Shown here: in pieces, positions 9,635 to 18,782 of the stretch
Layout of the letters: the number at the start of each line of letters is the position of its first letter
Numbering within the stretch: the stretch's first letter is position 1
Source: a virus
Taxonomy: Duplodnaviria; Caudoviricetes
Direction: 5' to 3' (one strand)
DNA length: 56,869 bases
Virus record (IMG/VR): IMGVR_UViG_3300030389_001641
Location: 1-56,869 of that record
The notes under the pieces: generated by a model
What the model saw: the letters and a program-made list of their open reading frames with translations, nothing else
What the model was told of the DNA's origin: nothing
The model's database searches: none
Position numbers and translations under genes: made by a program

Positions 9635-10111
9635 TTAAACGTGTTTAATATCATCTGGCTCTAAAATTTTAGCAATTACTTCGTCATCATTTATAATACG
9701 AACTTCACCGCCCTCAATTCTAAACCTAGATCCAGCATATCTTCCTATACAAACCCATTCTCCTTCTAAACACCAAGGATTTGGATCTTCTCCAAATTTA
9801 TTTGGATCTTTATAAGCTAAAGGGCCAATCTTTAAAACATAAGCCACAACAGTAGCTAACGCTTCTCTTTCCCTAATTTGATCGGGAATATGTAACCCTT
9901 TTTCTGTTGTAGCCTTACCTTGATAAGGCATAACTAACAACCTCCACCCCGTAGGTTGAGGAAGTCTATCTACCAAAGATTTATCTAATAAGCTAGGATC
10001 TAAAACTTTGTTTTTAGGATCTACGTATGCGCTGTCTAAATCAACGTTGTTTTTCTTTTCTTTGTTTATTTTTTGCGCCACATGATCAGGAACGTAAAGT
10101 GTCTTCGTCAT
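9635..10111 (-). CDS. groES: GroES/Cpn10 co-chaperonin
   Basis: PTGWRLLV, TEKGLHIP, VLKIGP, YAG, RIINDDEVIA match the Cpn10 pattern. Confidence 0.85.
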   Translation of the reverse strand: MTKTLYVPDHVAQKINKEKKNNVDLDSAYVDPKNKVLDPSLLDKSLVDRLPQPTGWRLLVMPYQGKATTEKGLHIPDQIREREALATVVAYVLKIGPLAYKDPNKFGEDPNPWCLEGEWVCIGRYAGSRFRIEGGEVRIINDDEVIAKILEPDDIKHV

Positions 10112-10298
10112 AGTCTGCGTTGTTCTCCAGCAAGGACTTGATTTCCTCTTTAGCGAAAGAGAGTCCTTGTGCCTCTCCCACTAATTGACGGTACTGCTCG
10201 TGATTCTGTACACCGCCACTTATTAACACCATTGAGATATCTTGCTCACGCTGTTCTATCTTCTTATATAGGTATTTTGCAAAATTTACAACATCCAT
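10086..10298 (-). CDS. hypothetical helical protein
   Basis: 70 aa; GV.N.EQYR.LVGE..GL motif; directly before groES. Confidence 0.65.
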   Translation of the reverse strand: MDVVNFAKYLYKKIEQREQDISMVLISGGVQNHEQYRQLVGEAQGLSFAKEEIKSLLENNADYDEDTLRS

Positions 10299-10568
10299 TT
10301 AACAGTTCCAAGCTCTTAGTGCTTTATTTATCCTACTATTTGGATCTCTAGCCGTTTTCTTAGACGTTAGTTTCTTCTTCATACCTTTCATTCTAGCGCA
10401 GAAAGACTTCCTTCTAGCGGCATCTTTCTTTGTCTTAGGTTTAGGTGCGGGTGGCTTTAATTTGCCACCAGTAGCTCGATTATAAGAAGCTCTGCCCTTT
10501 GCATTCAAACCACCTTTAGGGTTCTTACCTTCTTTTCTTTGCCAAGCAGGACTTCTTTTTCTAGCCAT
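10299..10568 (-). CDS. very basic small protein (DUF6321-like)
   Basis: 89 aa, K/R-rich; GGLNAKGRASY, RRKSFCARM, WNC; family name from memory. Confidence 0.65.
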   Translation of the reverse strand: MARKRSPAWQRKEGKNPKGGLNAKGRASYNRATGGKLKPPAPKPKTKKDAARRKSFCARMKGMKKKLTSKKTARDPNSRINKALRAWNC

Positions 10569-10721
10569 TTAGCCAATGTGCGGTTTTTGATTTGTTTTTA
10601 CAATAACCGCTCCTCCATTTTTAAAACCAGTGGTAGAATAACCCATTTTATTTACAACCTCTGGTGCTTTTTTTGCAAGTTTAGCTAATCCAGGATTTTC
10701 TTCCTTATCTATTTTTTTCAT
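10569..10721 (-). CDS. 50-aa basic peptide (MKKIDKEENPGLAKL...GFKNGGAVIVKTNQKPHIG)
   Basis: Translated by hand; fills the gap exactly, ATGA overlap with 10718..11401. Confidence 0.7.
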   Translation of the reverse strand: MKKIDKEENPGLAKLAKKAPEVVNKMGYSTTGFKNGGAVIVKTNQKPHIG

Positions 10722-11401
10722 GATTCATTCTCCTCTTGTGCATATAAATTATCAAAAGTTATTCTTGGGTCAAGGTAGCTATTGTGTATTTCAGCAGCAT
10801 GAAGGTGTTGACTTGGTTTAAAATCTGGCGCACCCTCTCCTGTTTCCCATAAAGCAGGACTTGTGGCTCTTACTCGATTATTAGGTAGAGCGACTATATT
10901 TCCTGTCCATTCTCCTGCATCTGTAAGTTGTAGCACATGACTTTGTTTATGTTGAGCTGCATCATCTGCTATGTCACTATCTGTATAGTCTACTGTAAAT
11001 AAATACTTTCCTTGATAAAACTCTCCATCTATCTTACACATCCAAGGACTAGAACTTACTCTATCCATTTTTATAACAGAATGATGACGAGAACTGCAAT
11101 CCCAAGGTTGTACCAAGTGTGTTTCCATCAAAGTAGGCCATTCTTGTAGTGGTATATCTGCCACTAATGCTGTAATAGGCATTCTCGCCCACATAGCACC
11201 ACCATGAACAGTATCCTCTGGTTCCCCATCTGGTTCACAACCAGTGAACACAATTTGAAAACTTAAACACCTATCCGGTATAGTATTTACTGCAATAGCG
11301 AGACCATGGAGAAACTCTCCATGGTATCTCTGATGATTACAAGTAAATTCCTTTCTTACCCAACATTTAAAATGAGGGATGTTACTAATTAAATAAGACA
11401 T
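10718..11401 (-). CDS. conserved globular phage protein of unknown function
   Basis: 227 aa, W/C/H-rich; GGAMWARMPI, QPWDC, QHKQSHVL, LPNNRVR. Confidence 0.7.
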   Translation of the reverse strand: MSYLISNIPHFKCWVRKEFTCNHQRYHGEFLHGLAIAVNTIPDRCLSFQIVFTGCEPDGEPEDTVHGGAMWARMPITALVADIPLQEWPTLMETHLVQPWDCSSRHHSVIKMDRVSSSPWMCKIDGEFYQGKYLFTVDYTDSDIADDAAQHKQSHVLQLTDAGEWTGNIVALPNNRVRATSPALWETGEGAPDFKPSQHLHAAEIHNSYLDPRITFDNLYAQEENES

Positions 11402-11613
11402 TAAGATTTTTTAATTGTATATCCCATTTTATTAGCCATAGCTCTGAGTTGTGCCACTGTCATTTTTTTGGCTCCACCCATGCTACCACCTTTGGTTTTG
11501 ACTCTACCACCGTTGCGAAAGCCTTTAGACATAACTTTACCGCCACCACGATAACCTTTAGTCATGACCTTACCGCCATTACGCATACCTTTAGTTTTCA
11601 TTTTTCCCATCAT
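11401..11613 (-). CDS. basic protein made of 11-aa KG[MYF]RxGG[KR]V repeats
   Basis: 70 aa; GGAG RBS; coupled on both sides. Confidence 0.7.
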   Translation of the reverse strand: MMGKMKTKGMRNGGKVMTKGYRGGGKVMSKGFRNGGRVKTKGGSMGGAKKMTVAQLRAMANKMGYTIKKS

Positions 11614-11891
11614 GATTTTTTTCTCCTTCTAACTGATTTAACTCTTCTGGGTTTTCCTGCAGGTTGTCCGAGCTTATTTTTTTGTCGGATTCTGGATCTT
11701 TTCTCACTTGCTGTGAGTTCTGACGCTGTTTTGGGAGTTTTAGAACTGATTCTCTTAGAGGGGCGACAATATGGAGTACCCCGTTTTTCACCCTTGCGAC
11801 GGCCACACGCTTTCCCCGTTTTGACATCTTTCCAATCTTCCTTAAACCAACGTTTTAATGCTAAACCTTCTTTTGTTTTTCGTACAGCCAT
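11610..11891 (-). CDS. very basic small protein
   Basis: 93 aa; LKRWFKEDW.D..TGK.CGR, PYCRPSKR. Confidence 0.7.
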   Translation of the reverse strand: MAVRKTKEGLALKRWFKEDWKDVKTGKACGRRKGEKRGTPYCRPSKRISSKTPKTASELTASEKRSRIRQKNKLGQPAGKPRRVKSVRRRKKS

Positions 11892-11897
11892 TTTTAT

Positions 11898-12185
11898 CTA
11901 TCCAGTTTTTTTATGCTTATTTCTAAGAAACTGTTTTGCTCTTTTAGCAATACTCGCTTGTTGTTTTTTACCTGCTACTTTAGCTCTTTGTTCCATAACT
12001 GTCAAAATTTGTATTTTTCTGGCATAAGGTTTTTTAATATTCTTAACTTTTCTAACAGTATCTTGTGCATCTTTAACTGTCGCATATTTAATTCTAACAG
12101 TATCTTTTGGATTTTCATCTGTGTATAACCTTCTATCTGAACCTTTTGGTTTCTTACCAGTTCCTACTTTTGGATCCTTCGCCAT
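11898..12185 (-). CDS. very basic small protein
   Basis: 95 aa; RRLYTDENPKDTV, KIQILTVMEQRAKV. Confidence 0.7.
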   Translation of the reverse strand: MAKDPKVGTGKKPKGSDRRLYTDENPKDTVRIKYATVKDAQDTVRKVKNIKKPYARKIQILTVMEQRAKVAGKKQQASIAKRAKQFLRNKHKKTG

Positions 12186-12472
12186 TAAACCATCTTTGTT
12201 ACTTTTCTTCTACTAGAATCAACAGCACCACAACCAGCAGCTACTATACCACCCGGTTTAAATTTTTTAGGTGGTAATCTTTTCGGATTATCTATAGCAG
12301 CAATAATACCACCCTCTGCTTTTTTAACTGTTTTCTTTTTTTTCTTTTTGCCACCAGTACCATAATTTGCTGCACCTACTTTTCGGCATTTAGCAATAGC
12401 TCCACTAGCATAAGCACTAGGAAAAACTTTATATCTGGCTTTTACTTTATGATAACAAGCGTCTTTTGGCAT
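12185..12472 (-). CDS. very basic small protein
   Basis: 95 aa; DACYHKVK.RY.VFPSAYASGAI.KCRK, poly-K, two xxGG motifs. Confidence 0.7.
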   Translation of the reverse strand: MPKDACYHKVKARYKVFPSAYASGAIAKCRKVGAANYGTGGKKKKKKTVKKAEGGIIAAIDNPKRLPPKKFKPGGIVAAGCGAVDSSRRKVTKMV

Positions 12473-12495
12473 ATCGTTTACTCACTTTCTAAAAT

Positions 12496-12897
12496 TTATT
12501 TAGTTAATCCTTTTTGTTTTTCATAGGTTCTTAATGAACCTATTCCCAACATTCCACCCAAAACAGTTAAAAGAGTACCCATCTCAAAACTAGGCAAATC
12601 GGGTATGTCCATACCAATCAAAGCTACTATAAAAATAATAACTGGCTGAAGAATAAAATGATAGCAAAAAGCGATCCCACAGACCCAACCAACGAAAGGA
12701 CGCCAGCCACCTTTAAACAGGCTTCCACTAGCCGCTTCTGCTGTATTAACTTTAATTTGAGCGAGGGCCAACTCTTGAGCGTGTTTCTCTGACATGGTTG
12801 CAATCTCATGTGATAACTTTCTTTTGAGATCTTGGTCAGGTATCGCTTTGTCTAGTATCTTAGATACTGGTTGTATAAGATTATCTAATAGCCCCAT
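12496..12897 (-). CDS. holin (GTA-type 3TM holin family)
   Basis: 133 aa; EA.S.S.F..GWRPFVGW.CG and MLGIG.LRTYEK..G signature; hydrophobic helices. Confidence 0.8.
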   Translation of the reverse strand: MGLLDNLIQPVSKILDKAIPDQDLKRKLSHEIATMSEKHAQELALAQIKVNTAEAASGSLFKGGWRPFVGWVCGIAFCYHFILQPVIIFIVALIGMDIPDLPSFEMGTLLTVLGGMLGIGSLRTYEKQKGLTK

Positions 12898-13055
12898 TAT
12901 TCAAACATCGCCCTAATTTTACTCGCACTATCTAATTTATGTATTTTCTTATTTCTATCATACATTTTTTTAGACTCAACCACTTGTGGTGGTTTTCTAT
13001 TTTGAAGCATTGCTTTTGCAATAGGATTAACTCTAATAATTTTTGGTTTTATCAT
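12897..13055 (-). CDS. 52-aa basic peptide (MIKPKIIRVNPIAKAMLQNRKPPQVVESKKMYDRNKK...)
   Basis: Translated by hand; ATGA and TAATG coupling to both neighbours. Confidence 0.65.
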   Translation of the reverse strand: MIKPKIIRVNPIAKAMLQNRKPPQVVESKKMYDRNKKIHKLDSASKIRAMFE

Positions 13056-13207
13056 CTTTTTTTCCTAGTTTTTGAATGAGATTTTTTATATCTAGTTCTT
13101 TGATCTTTTTCTATTTTTGATAAAGTTCTTGCTTGTTTTGAGTGTAATTTAGATGCTTTTTTTAAACCTCCAATTACTTTTTTTAATGGTTTAGTATAAT
13201 GTGGCAT
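13052..13207 (-). CDS. 51-aa basic peptide (MPHYTKPLKKVIGGLKKASKLHSKQARTL...)
   Basis: Translated by hand; GGAG upstream; coupled to the next ORF. Confidence 0.65.
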   Translation of the reverse strand: MPHYTKPLKKVIGGLKKASKLHSKQARTLSKIEKDQRTRYKKSHSKTRKKR

Positions 13208-13209
13208 AA

Positions 13210-13584
13210 TTATCGATCTCCCTTTGCTTGTACAGAAACATCATTGTTTCTTTTACTGTAAGCAGTAGCTCCCATGAATACAGAAACAACGGCTGCTTGT
13301 GAAACAAAAAAAGTATTTAAAAATCCACTAAACATATTAATTCTATCTGTTTCAATGAAAGGTGTCATCAAAATTCCAACAAAGATAACCATAGAACCCA
13401 TAGCAACCCACGCCATGTATCTTTGTTGATCTTGCATCTTATCTAAATTCTCATGAATCTCTCTACGATGCTCTAACTCTTCCATTTTTTGAGCCATGGC
13501 TATCTCACCATCTGTAATTTCACCATCGTTATCTATATCTACGTACTCCCACGCACTACCTTTTTGTAACTTCTTTTGTGTCAT
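13210..13584 (-). CDS. two-TM membrane protein with an N-terminal EF-hand-like loop
   Basis: DIDNDGEITDGE loop; two hydrophobic helices. Confidence 0.65.
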   Translation of the reverse strand: MTQKKLQKGSAWEYVDIDNDGEITDGEIAMAQKMEELEHRREIHENLDKMQDQQRYMAWVAMGSMVIFVGILMTPFIETDRINMFSGFLNTFFVSQAAVVSVFMGATAYSKRNNDVSVQAKGDR

Positions 13585-13688
13585 TTATGAAAATTCCATC
13601 CTGGTTCTATAAAAAACGTTTCTACCCATGCTAAAAGAATAATTCCTATTAGTATAGCTAATTTTACTATGTCCTGTCTAGGGTTCAT
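13581..13688 (-). CDS. 35-aa single-TM peptide (MNPRQDIVKLAILIGIILLAWVETFFIEPGWNFHK)
   Basis: Translated by hand; TAATG and ATGA coupling. Confidence 0.6.
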   Translation of the reverse strand: MNPRQDIVKLAILIGIILLAWVETFFIEPGWNFHK

Positions 13689-14164
13689 TAAAGATATGTC
13701 CATAGCACATATGCAGCACCAAAAGCGGAACCCACTACTATCAAACCAATAAAGAACATAGCAGCCATTTCCATAAACTCTTCTTGTTGTTGTTTTTTAA
13801 CTTTTATTCTTTCTTTTTCTGCAGCTTTAGCAGCTTCTATTCGTTTTGCTCTTTCTGTGATAATTGTCTGCCAAGTGCCATGACCAAAACGCTGATCTAC
13901 CAAAACAGATATATTATACATCTCTTCAGCAGCTAGTTTAGCATCAATAATCTCATTGGCTACATTCTTAACACCAAATTGCTCTGCAATAGACATTCCA
14001 TCCTTTTTGTTTCTTTTTTTGTCCAACTGGTTCTTACCTTCAAACAAATCATCTATTTGTTGAGCAATATCAGAAATATCTTTAGCAGTGGCTATATTAT
14101 CTTTAATAAATGCCACACTCTGTTTGACAAGTTGAATACCAGTTACAATATCTCCAAGCACCAT
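13688..14164 (-). CDS. coiled-coil protein with C-terminal TM anchor
   Basis: 158 aa; DQRFGHGTW motif, charged helix, terminal hydrophobic helix. Confidence 0.65.
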   Translation of the reverse strand: MVLGDIVTGIQLVKQSVAFIKDNIATAKDISDIAQQIDDLFEGKNQLDKKRNKKDGMSIAEQFGVKNVANEIIDAKLAAEEMYNISVLVDQRFGHGTWQTIITERAKRIEAAKAAEKERIKVKKQQQEEFMEMAAMFFIGLIVVGSAFGAAYVLWTYL

Positions 14165-14204
14165 GGGAATACCAAAAAGTTTAAATTGTTAATTAAAGCG
14201 TGGA

Positions 14205-16670
14205 TTAACCACGTTGTTGCATGGCCTGACGTTGAACGTCAATTCTTTCTCTGTTCACATCTGCCCTGTCTTCAGCAATTTCTTCCTGAAGTTCAATTCT
14301 TGCAGCATCCGTCATGGCTTGCTGTTGCATTCTTGTTCGATCAAGATCAAGTCTCTCTTGATCGTTCATAGCTCTTCTCTGTGCTTCAGCAGCTTTAATT
14401 TGAAGCTCTTGCTTTCTAATTTCAACAAGGGGATCTTGCTGTTGACCAGGAGGAGGTGCGAGGTTAGCCATTAACTCTTGTACTAACTGTGCCTCGATTT
14501 GCGCCACCCTAGCTTCCATTTGTTGAGGTGACATCATTTGTGCTTGTTGTATCTGTGCTTGCGCCATCATAGGATCCATAGCTCCAGATTGAGCTAACAT
14601 TTGTGCTTGTTGCGCTTGCATCTGCATTTCTTGCATTTCCATCTGCGCTATGTTTCTAGCTTTCAGTGATACGTGTTCTAATAAATGTGAATAGAAAATA
14701 CTAAGTGCTTGTGGTGATGTTTGAACCAACATGGACTTTGCCAACGCCAAATGAACAATCATGTGAGCATCATGATCTTGTTCTGGAAAGACTTGTACGG
14801 GTTGATTCTTCAATATAACCGCATTTTCTGCACTAGGATCCATAGGTTGAGGTTGTGGAGGTGGTGGGAGTATCTCTTCTATGTTCTGAACCTCAAGAGC
14901 TTGATACATTCTTCGATACGCCATTTGTAAGTTGTGCAACTGAGGATTGGATTGTGCAAGTTGAAGTTGCGTCTGTGCTAACGTAACTCTCTGTGCCATG
15001 GAGAAGATGTTAGGGTCGGAAACAGGCAAAATATCGACCCTACCATCAAAATCCTGTGCTTTTACTTCAGCAGGCGCACCGAAGACCTCATAAGGATACA
15101 CTGGAGGGAGATTTTCAGAGAATATCCTTGCGAGTAACCTAAATTCTGTTTTTTGAGCATAGTGTAGTCTTTTGTGGATCGCTGACATAACTTTCATGCC
15201 ACGTTCCAATAATGCCACTGTTGTACCAACTGGCATATCTTTACTCATGTTGCTTACTTGTTGATCGGCTATCGAAACAAATCTTCGACCACCATCAATT
15301 AAAGATCCTAAAAGTTGTGCTAATGTTCCAGAAGGCTCCTTAAAAGGTAAAGGAATGATAGAATCTCTAATACTACCACCGGGAGCGTCAATATCCCTAA
15401 ATTCACCGGGAGAAAGGGGTTCATCATCGTTTCTAATACGAATTCCTCTTGCTTTGAACCCAGATGGTAGGTTTGCAAGCGTTCCTGCATCAATTAATTG
15501 TCTTAAAATGCTTGTAGCAGCTCTTCCCAAGCCACCAATCATGTGAATAAGACCAAATCCATAAAATCCAAGCCCTGGTAGGAACTTATAGTGAACAAAA
15601 TACTGTCTTTTACGCTTCATCGGGTCATTTTGGTCATAATTTCTGGTAATTGAGAGGATTTCACCAGAACCATTGTCTATTGTGATCACATAAGGCAGTT
15701 TTATACCCGTTGGCTGACCATCTTGACCAAGATCCTCAAAGCCTTCGATGTCCAAATCAGCGTGAATCTCCAAAATATTGTAAACATCATCAGATTCTGT
15801 CTTATTAATGCCACCAATCTCATCAATTTTGTCTTTAACAGTGTTATCTTCAGTATCATAAGCAGAAATATCAACATCTTTGAAGATACCAGCCACTTGC
15901 ATCTTACGAACTTCGTTTTCATCCATGCGTAAAACGTGTGTTACTCTTGGTGAAGTGTTCAAATCAGTAGCTGAATAGGGAATAATAAGGTCTTCAGAGG
16001 GTACAAACTTGGAAACAGCTCTATTTTTAGTGGTATCGAAGTAAACTTTCTTAAAAGTAGACCCAGATAAGGGTAAATAAAAGAGCATTTGGTCTGTATC
16101 GGGGTCAAATTCTTCCATAACCTCCGTAATTTGGTAGTTCATAAACTCTTTTACACGATTAGATTGCTCTTGTTTCTGTGGAGTTTCAGATCCAAGAACA
16201 TGAGTGCGAACTGGTCCACCAGATGGTAACATTTCTTTATAAGCTTGTGCTTGAAACTGCGTTACTGATTCAGAAAGTAAAGGATGTGTTACACCAGAAG
16301 CTCCTTGAAAAGGTTCCGTGCGTTCTTGATACTTGATTCCTAGTAAATCTAACCCTTTGGTGTAAGCTTCTCGCCACTCGGAACTTGATTCTAGGTCTTC
16401 TTCATATCTACCTCGTAAATCAGAAGAGATCTCTCCAAGAATCGAATCACTTAAAACTTCTGCAAGATTAGCATCATGATCATATTCTTCCGTATCTACC
16501 TCAATGGAGTCTTCCATACCAAGAAGAGAGCGGATAATCGCACCACCTTGTCCATCGTCTACAACTTCTGCACCTCCTTCAAAGTTTTCAACTTGAGGTA
16601 TTTCTACATCTACGCTTGGTAAGTCCTCATCAGGACCTCCTTGCATAAAACCGGAATCAATATTAGCCAC
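14205..16670 (-). CDS. portal protein (P22-like, long Q-rich C-terminal barrel)
   Basis: Follows TerL; PFQGASGVTHPLL.E, LPLSGSTFKKVY, FLPGLGFYG.GL motifs; probable GTG start at 16670 overlapping the TerL stop. Confidence 0.88.
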   Translation of the reverse strand: MANIDSGFMQGGPDEDLPSVDVEIPQVENFEGGAEVVDDGQGGAIIRSLLGMEDSIEVDTEEYDHDANLAEVLSDSILGEISSDLRGRYEEDLESSSEWREAYTKGLDLLGIKYQERTEPFQGASGVTHPLLSESVTQFQAQAYKEMLPSGGPVRTHVLGSETPQKQEQSNRVKEFMNYQITEVMEEFDPDTDQMLFYLPLSGSTFKKVYFDTTKNRAVSKFVPSEDLIIPYSATDLNTSPRVTHVLRMDENEVRKMQVAGIFKDVDISAYDTEDNTVKDKIDEIGGINKTESDDVYNILEIHADLDIEGFEDLGQDGQPTGIKLPYVITIDNGSGEILSITRNYDQNDPMKRKRQYFVHYKFLPGLGFYGFGLIHMIGGLGRAATSILRQLIDAGTLANLPSGFKARGIRIRNDDEPLSPGEFRDIDAPGGSIRDSIIPLPFKEPSGTLAQLLGSLIDGGRRFVSIADQQVSNMSKDMPVGTTVALLERGMKVMSAIHKRLHYAQKTEFRLLARIFSENLPPVYPYEVFGAPAEVKAQDFDGRVDILPVSDPNIFSMAQRVTLAQTQLQLAQSNPQLHNLQMAYRRMYQALEVQNIEEILPPPPQPQPMDPSAENAVILKNQPVQVFPEQDHDAHMIVHLALAKSMLVQTSPQALSIFYSHLLEHVSLKARNIAQMEMQEMQMQAQQAQMLAQSGAMDPMMAQAQIQQAQMMSPQQMEARVAQIEAQLVQELMANLAPPPGQQQDPLVEIRKQELQIKAAEAQRRAMNDQERLDLDRTRMQQQAMTDAARIELQEEIAEDRADVNRERIDVQRQAMQQRG

Positions 16671-18139
16671 TAGTAATACTCCCTTTTTCTTGGATACCAA
16701 TCTTCATCTCGGTCGTCTTCGCCTTCCAAAGTTACAAAACCACCTTGTCTGAATCTTATCAGAGCCATGGTCATACTGTCAACGTAGTCATCGTAATCCC
16801 CATTCGGGAAGGCAGCGCATTCCTCTATAACTTCATCTGCGAATCCCTTTTCTGGGGCCCAGACCATACCAGCTTCAAATAAAGGTGCTACTGTGTGCAT
16901 TCTTGTTACTTTATCACGCCCTTTAGCAGGTGTATAGTTCATAACGGGAACTCCTGCCCTACGAAGTTCATCTGTAAGAGGCATACCAGACGCTTTTGCT
17001 TCCACAATCACCATATCCGGTTCCCAATATTCATACTCCTCACCCGCCACACCTTTTAACTCTGGAAAGTTCCATCGACCCCTTCGAGCATCCATCAATA
17101 CTATATGGTCGGCCTCTCCCTCGTTTGGGTTGAAAATACCCCATGTCGTAATCGCACTATAGTCGGCAGATTCTTTTTTAGAAAAAGCCGTATCGTAACT
17201 TTGTATAATATATTTAACTGGTGGTATTTTTTCTTTTTCCCACTTTTTCCACCATTCTTTTTTGACAATCGCTCCCTCTGTGGCCGTGGGTTGTTGTTGC
17301 CACTGAGCATTCCATTTGGCCACGGGCAGAGAAGCTTTGACCTTGAGCAAATCGTCCTTGTTCCAAAATTCTGGCCACAAAGGATCATCAGAAGGCATAA
17401 TCGCAGGAAACTCTACGACCTCCCACGTATCCGACATAACATCAGAACCTTGTGCCTTGATCAATCGACCGGTTAAATCCTTCATGCCCCATCGGGTCAT
17501 AACAACAATGATCGAACCACCAGGTTGTAAACGTTGTCTTGGACCAGAGGTATACCACTCAAACGCATTATCAAATGCCGATTCGGATAAAGCATCCTGT
17601 TCCGAGTGCGGATCATCAATAATAAATAAATCCGCACCACGACCCGTGACAGCTGCACCCACACCCGCGGCAAAATATTCGCCCCCTACACTTGTTTCCC
17701 AACGGCCAGCTGCCTTACTATCCGCTTTCAAATCAACTTTTGGAAAAATATCCTTGAAATGCGGATCGGCAATCAAATCTCTAACTTTACGTCCAAAACG
17801 TACCGCAAGCTCTGTATTATGCGTAGCCTGTATAATTTTTAATTTAGGGTTCCTTCCCAAGAACCACGCAGGCATCAAGTAACTCGCAAATTCAGACTTA
17901 CTGTGTCTCGGCGGCATATTAACAATTAATCTCTTTAGCTCGCCCTTTGCTATCTTTTCTAACTTCTCGGCAATCACCCTATGGTGTCTGCCCTCAATAA
18001 ACCCATCGTACACATGATGTACAAAAGGCATAAATTTATCTTTTGCTTTTTCTCTTAATGTTAATCTTTGTTCTGCTTCTCTTAAAGCCAGGATCTCTCG
18101 TAGAGCTTCTTCGGGTACAGTTTCTAGGTTCAAGGACAT
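16670..18139 (-). CDS. terL: terminase large subunit
   Basis: MPPRHSKSE Walker A, IIDDP Walker B, MTRW coupling motif, SYDTA and FPNG.YDD.VD nuclease motifs. Confidence 0.95.
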   Translation of the reverse strand: MSLNLETVPEEALREILALREAEQRLTLREKAKDKFMPFVHHVYDGFIEGRHHRVIAEKLEKIAKGELKRLIVNMPPRHSKSEFASYLMPAWFLGRNPKLKIIQATHNTELAVRFGRKVRDLIADPHFKDIFPKVDLKADSKAAGRWETSVGGEYFAAGVGAAVTGRGADLFIIDDPHSEQDALSESAFDNAFEWYTSGPRQRLQPGGSIIVVMTRWGMKDLTGRLIKAQGSDVMSDTWEVVEFPAIMPSDDPLWPEFWNKDDLLKVKASLPVAKWNAQWQQQPTATEGAIVKKEWWKKWEKEKIPPVKYIIQSYDTAFSKKESADYSAITTWGIFNPNEGEADHIVLMDARRGRWNFPELKGVAGEEYEYWEPDMVIVEAKASGMPLTDELRRAGVPVMNYTPAKGRDKVTRMHTVAPLFEAGMVWAPEKGFADEVIEECAAFPNGDYDDYVDSMTMALIRFRQGGFVTLEGEDDRDEDWYPRKREYY

Positions 18140-18775
18140 CTATCTACCGAATAAAGATCCCAATCCTGATTGTAAAGCGTTCATAATATTACTTGCTCCC
18201 TCGTAAAAAGATCTTCTTTTCTTAGCTTCTCGATCCTTTAATATAGACGCTAACTGGGTCAAAGAATCTTCGTCCATGCCAGATCCCGCCATGAGCATCT
18301 CGGCAGGAGTTCTTTCATCAGTAGCCGTCGTAAATTCTGTCGGATAACGAGTGACCTCTGGTTTAGGTAAAAAATCTTTTGGAACTGCTTTTGATATAAT
18401 ATCATCTGCATATTTCTTTGCAGCGTCAGTAACAGTGCCTCTATTAACATTACCAACTCCACCATTATAAGCTTGTAATGCTTTGTAGTAATCTCCATCG
18501 AAATTTTTTAACATGGCAGCAAGATATTCCGCACCAAAACGTAGATTCTCATCTATGTCATAGCCTTTCGACCAATCCATAGGTTTTACTTTGTAACCAG
18601 GTTTTAACGCAGTTTTTTTCAAAACTTGTGTCAAACCTCTTTCACCAAGTTTACCCGTGGCGTTTGGATTAAAAGTGCTTTCCTTAAAAATCTGTGAAAC
18701 AAAAATCCTTGGATCTATTCCATACTGTCTAGCATATTCTGCCGCTTTATTAAGTATAAACTGTTTGTCTGCCAT
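18140..18775 (-). CDS. soluble lytic transglycosylase domain protein (probably virion-associated)
   Basis: KESTFNPNA catalytic Glu, GLTQV, ENLRFGAEYL, AYNGG; likely start MADKQF. Confidence 0.85.
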   Translation of the reverse strand: MADKQFILNKAAEYARQYGIDPRIFVSQIFKESTFNPNATGKLGERGLTQVLKKTALKPGYKVKPMDWSKGYDIDENLRFGAEYLAAMLKNFDGDYYKALQAYNGGVGNVNRGTVTDAAKKYADDIISKAVPKDFLPKPEVTRYPTEFTTATDERTPAEMLMAGSGMDEDSLTQLASILKDREAKKRRSFYEGASNIMNALQSGLGSLFGR

Positions 18776-18782
18776 AACAGAG

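Noticed and set aside
11591-11827. Alternative-frame ORF inside 11610..11891
   Set aside because: No RBS or motif; the neighbouring genes already tile the region with coupled starts and stops
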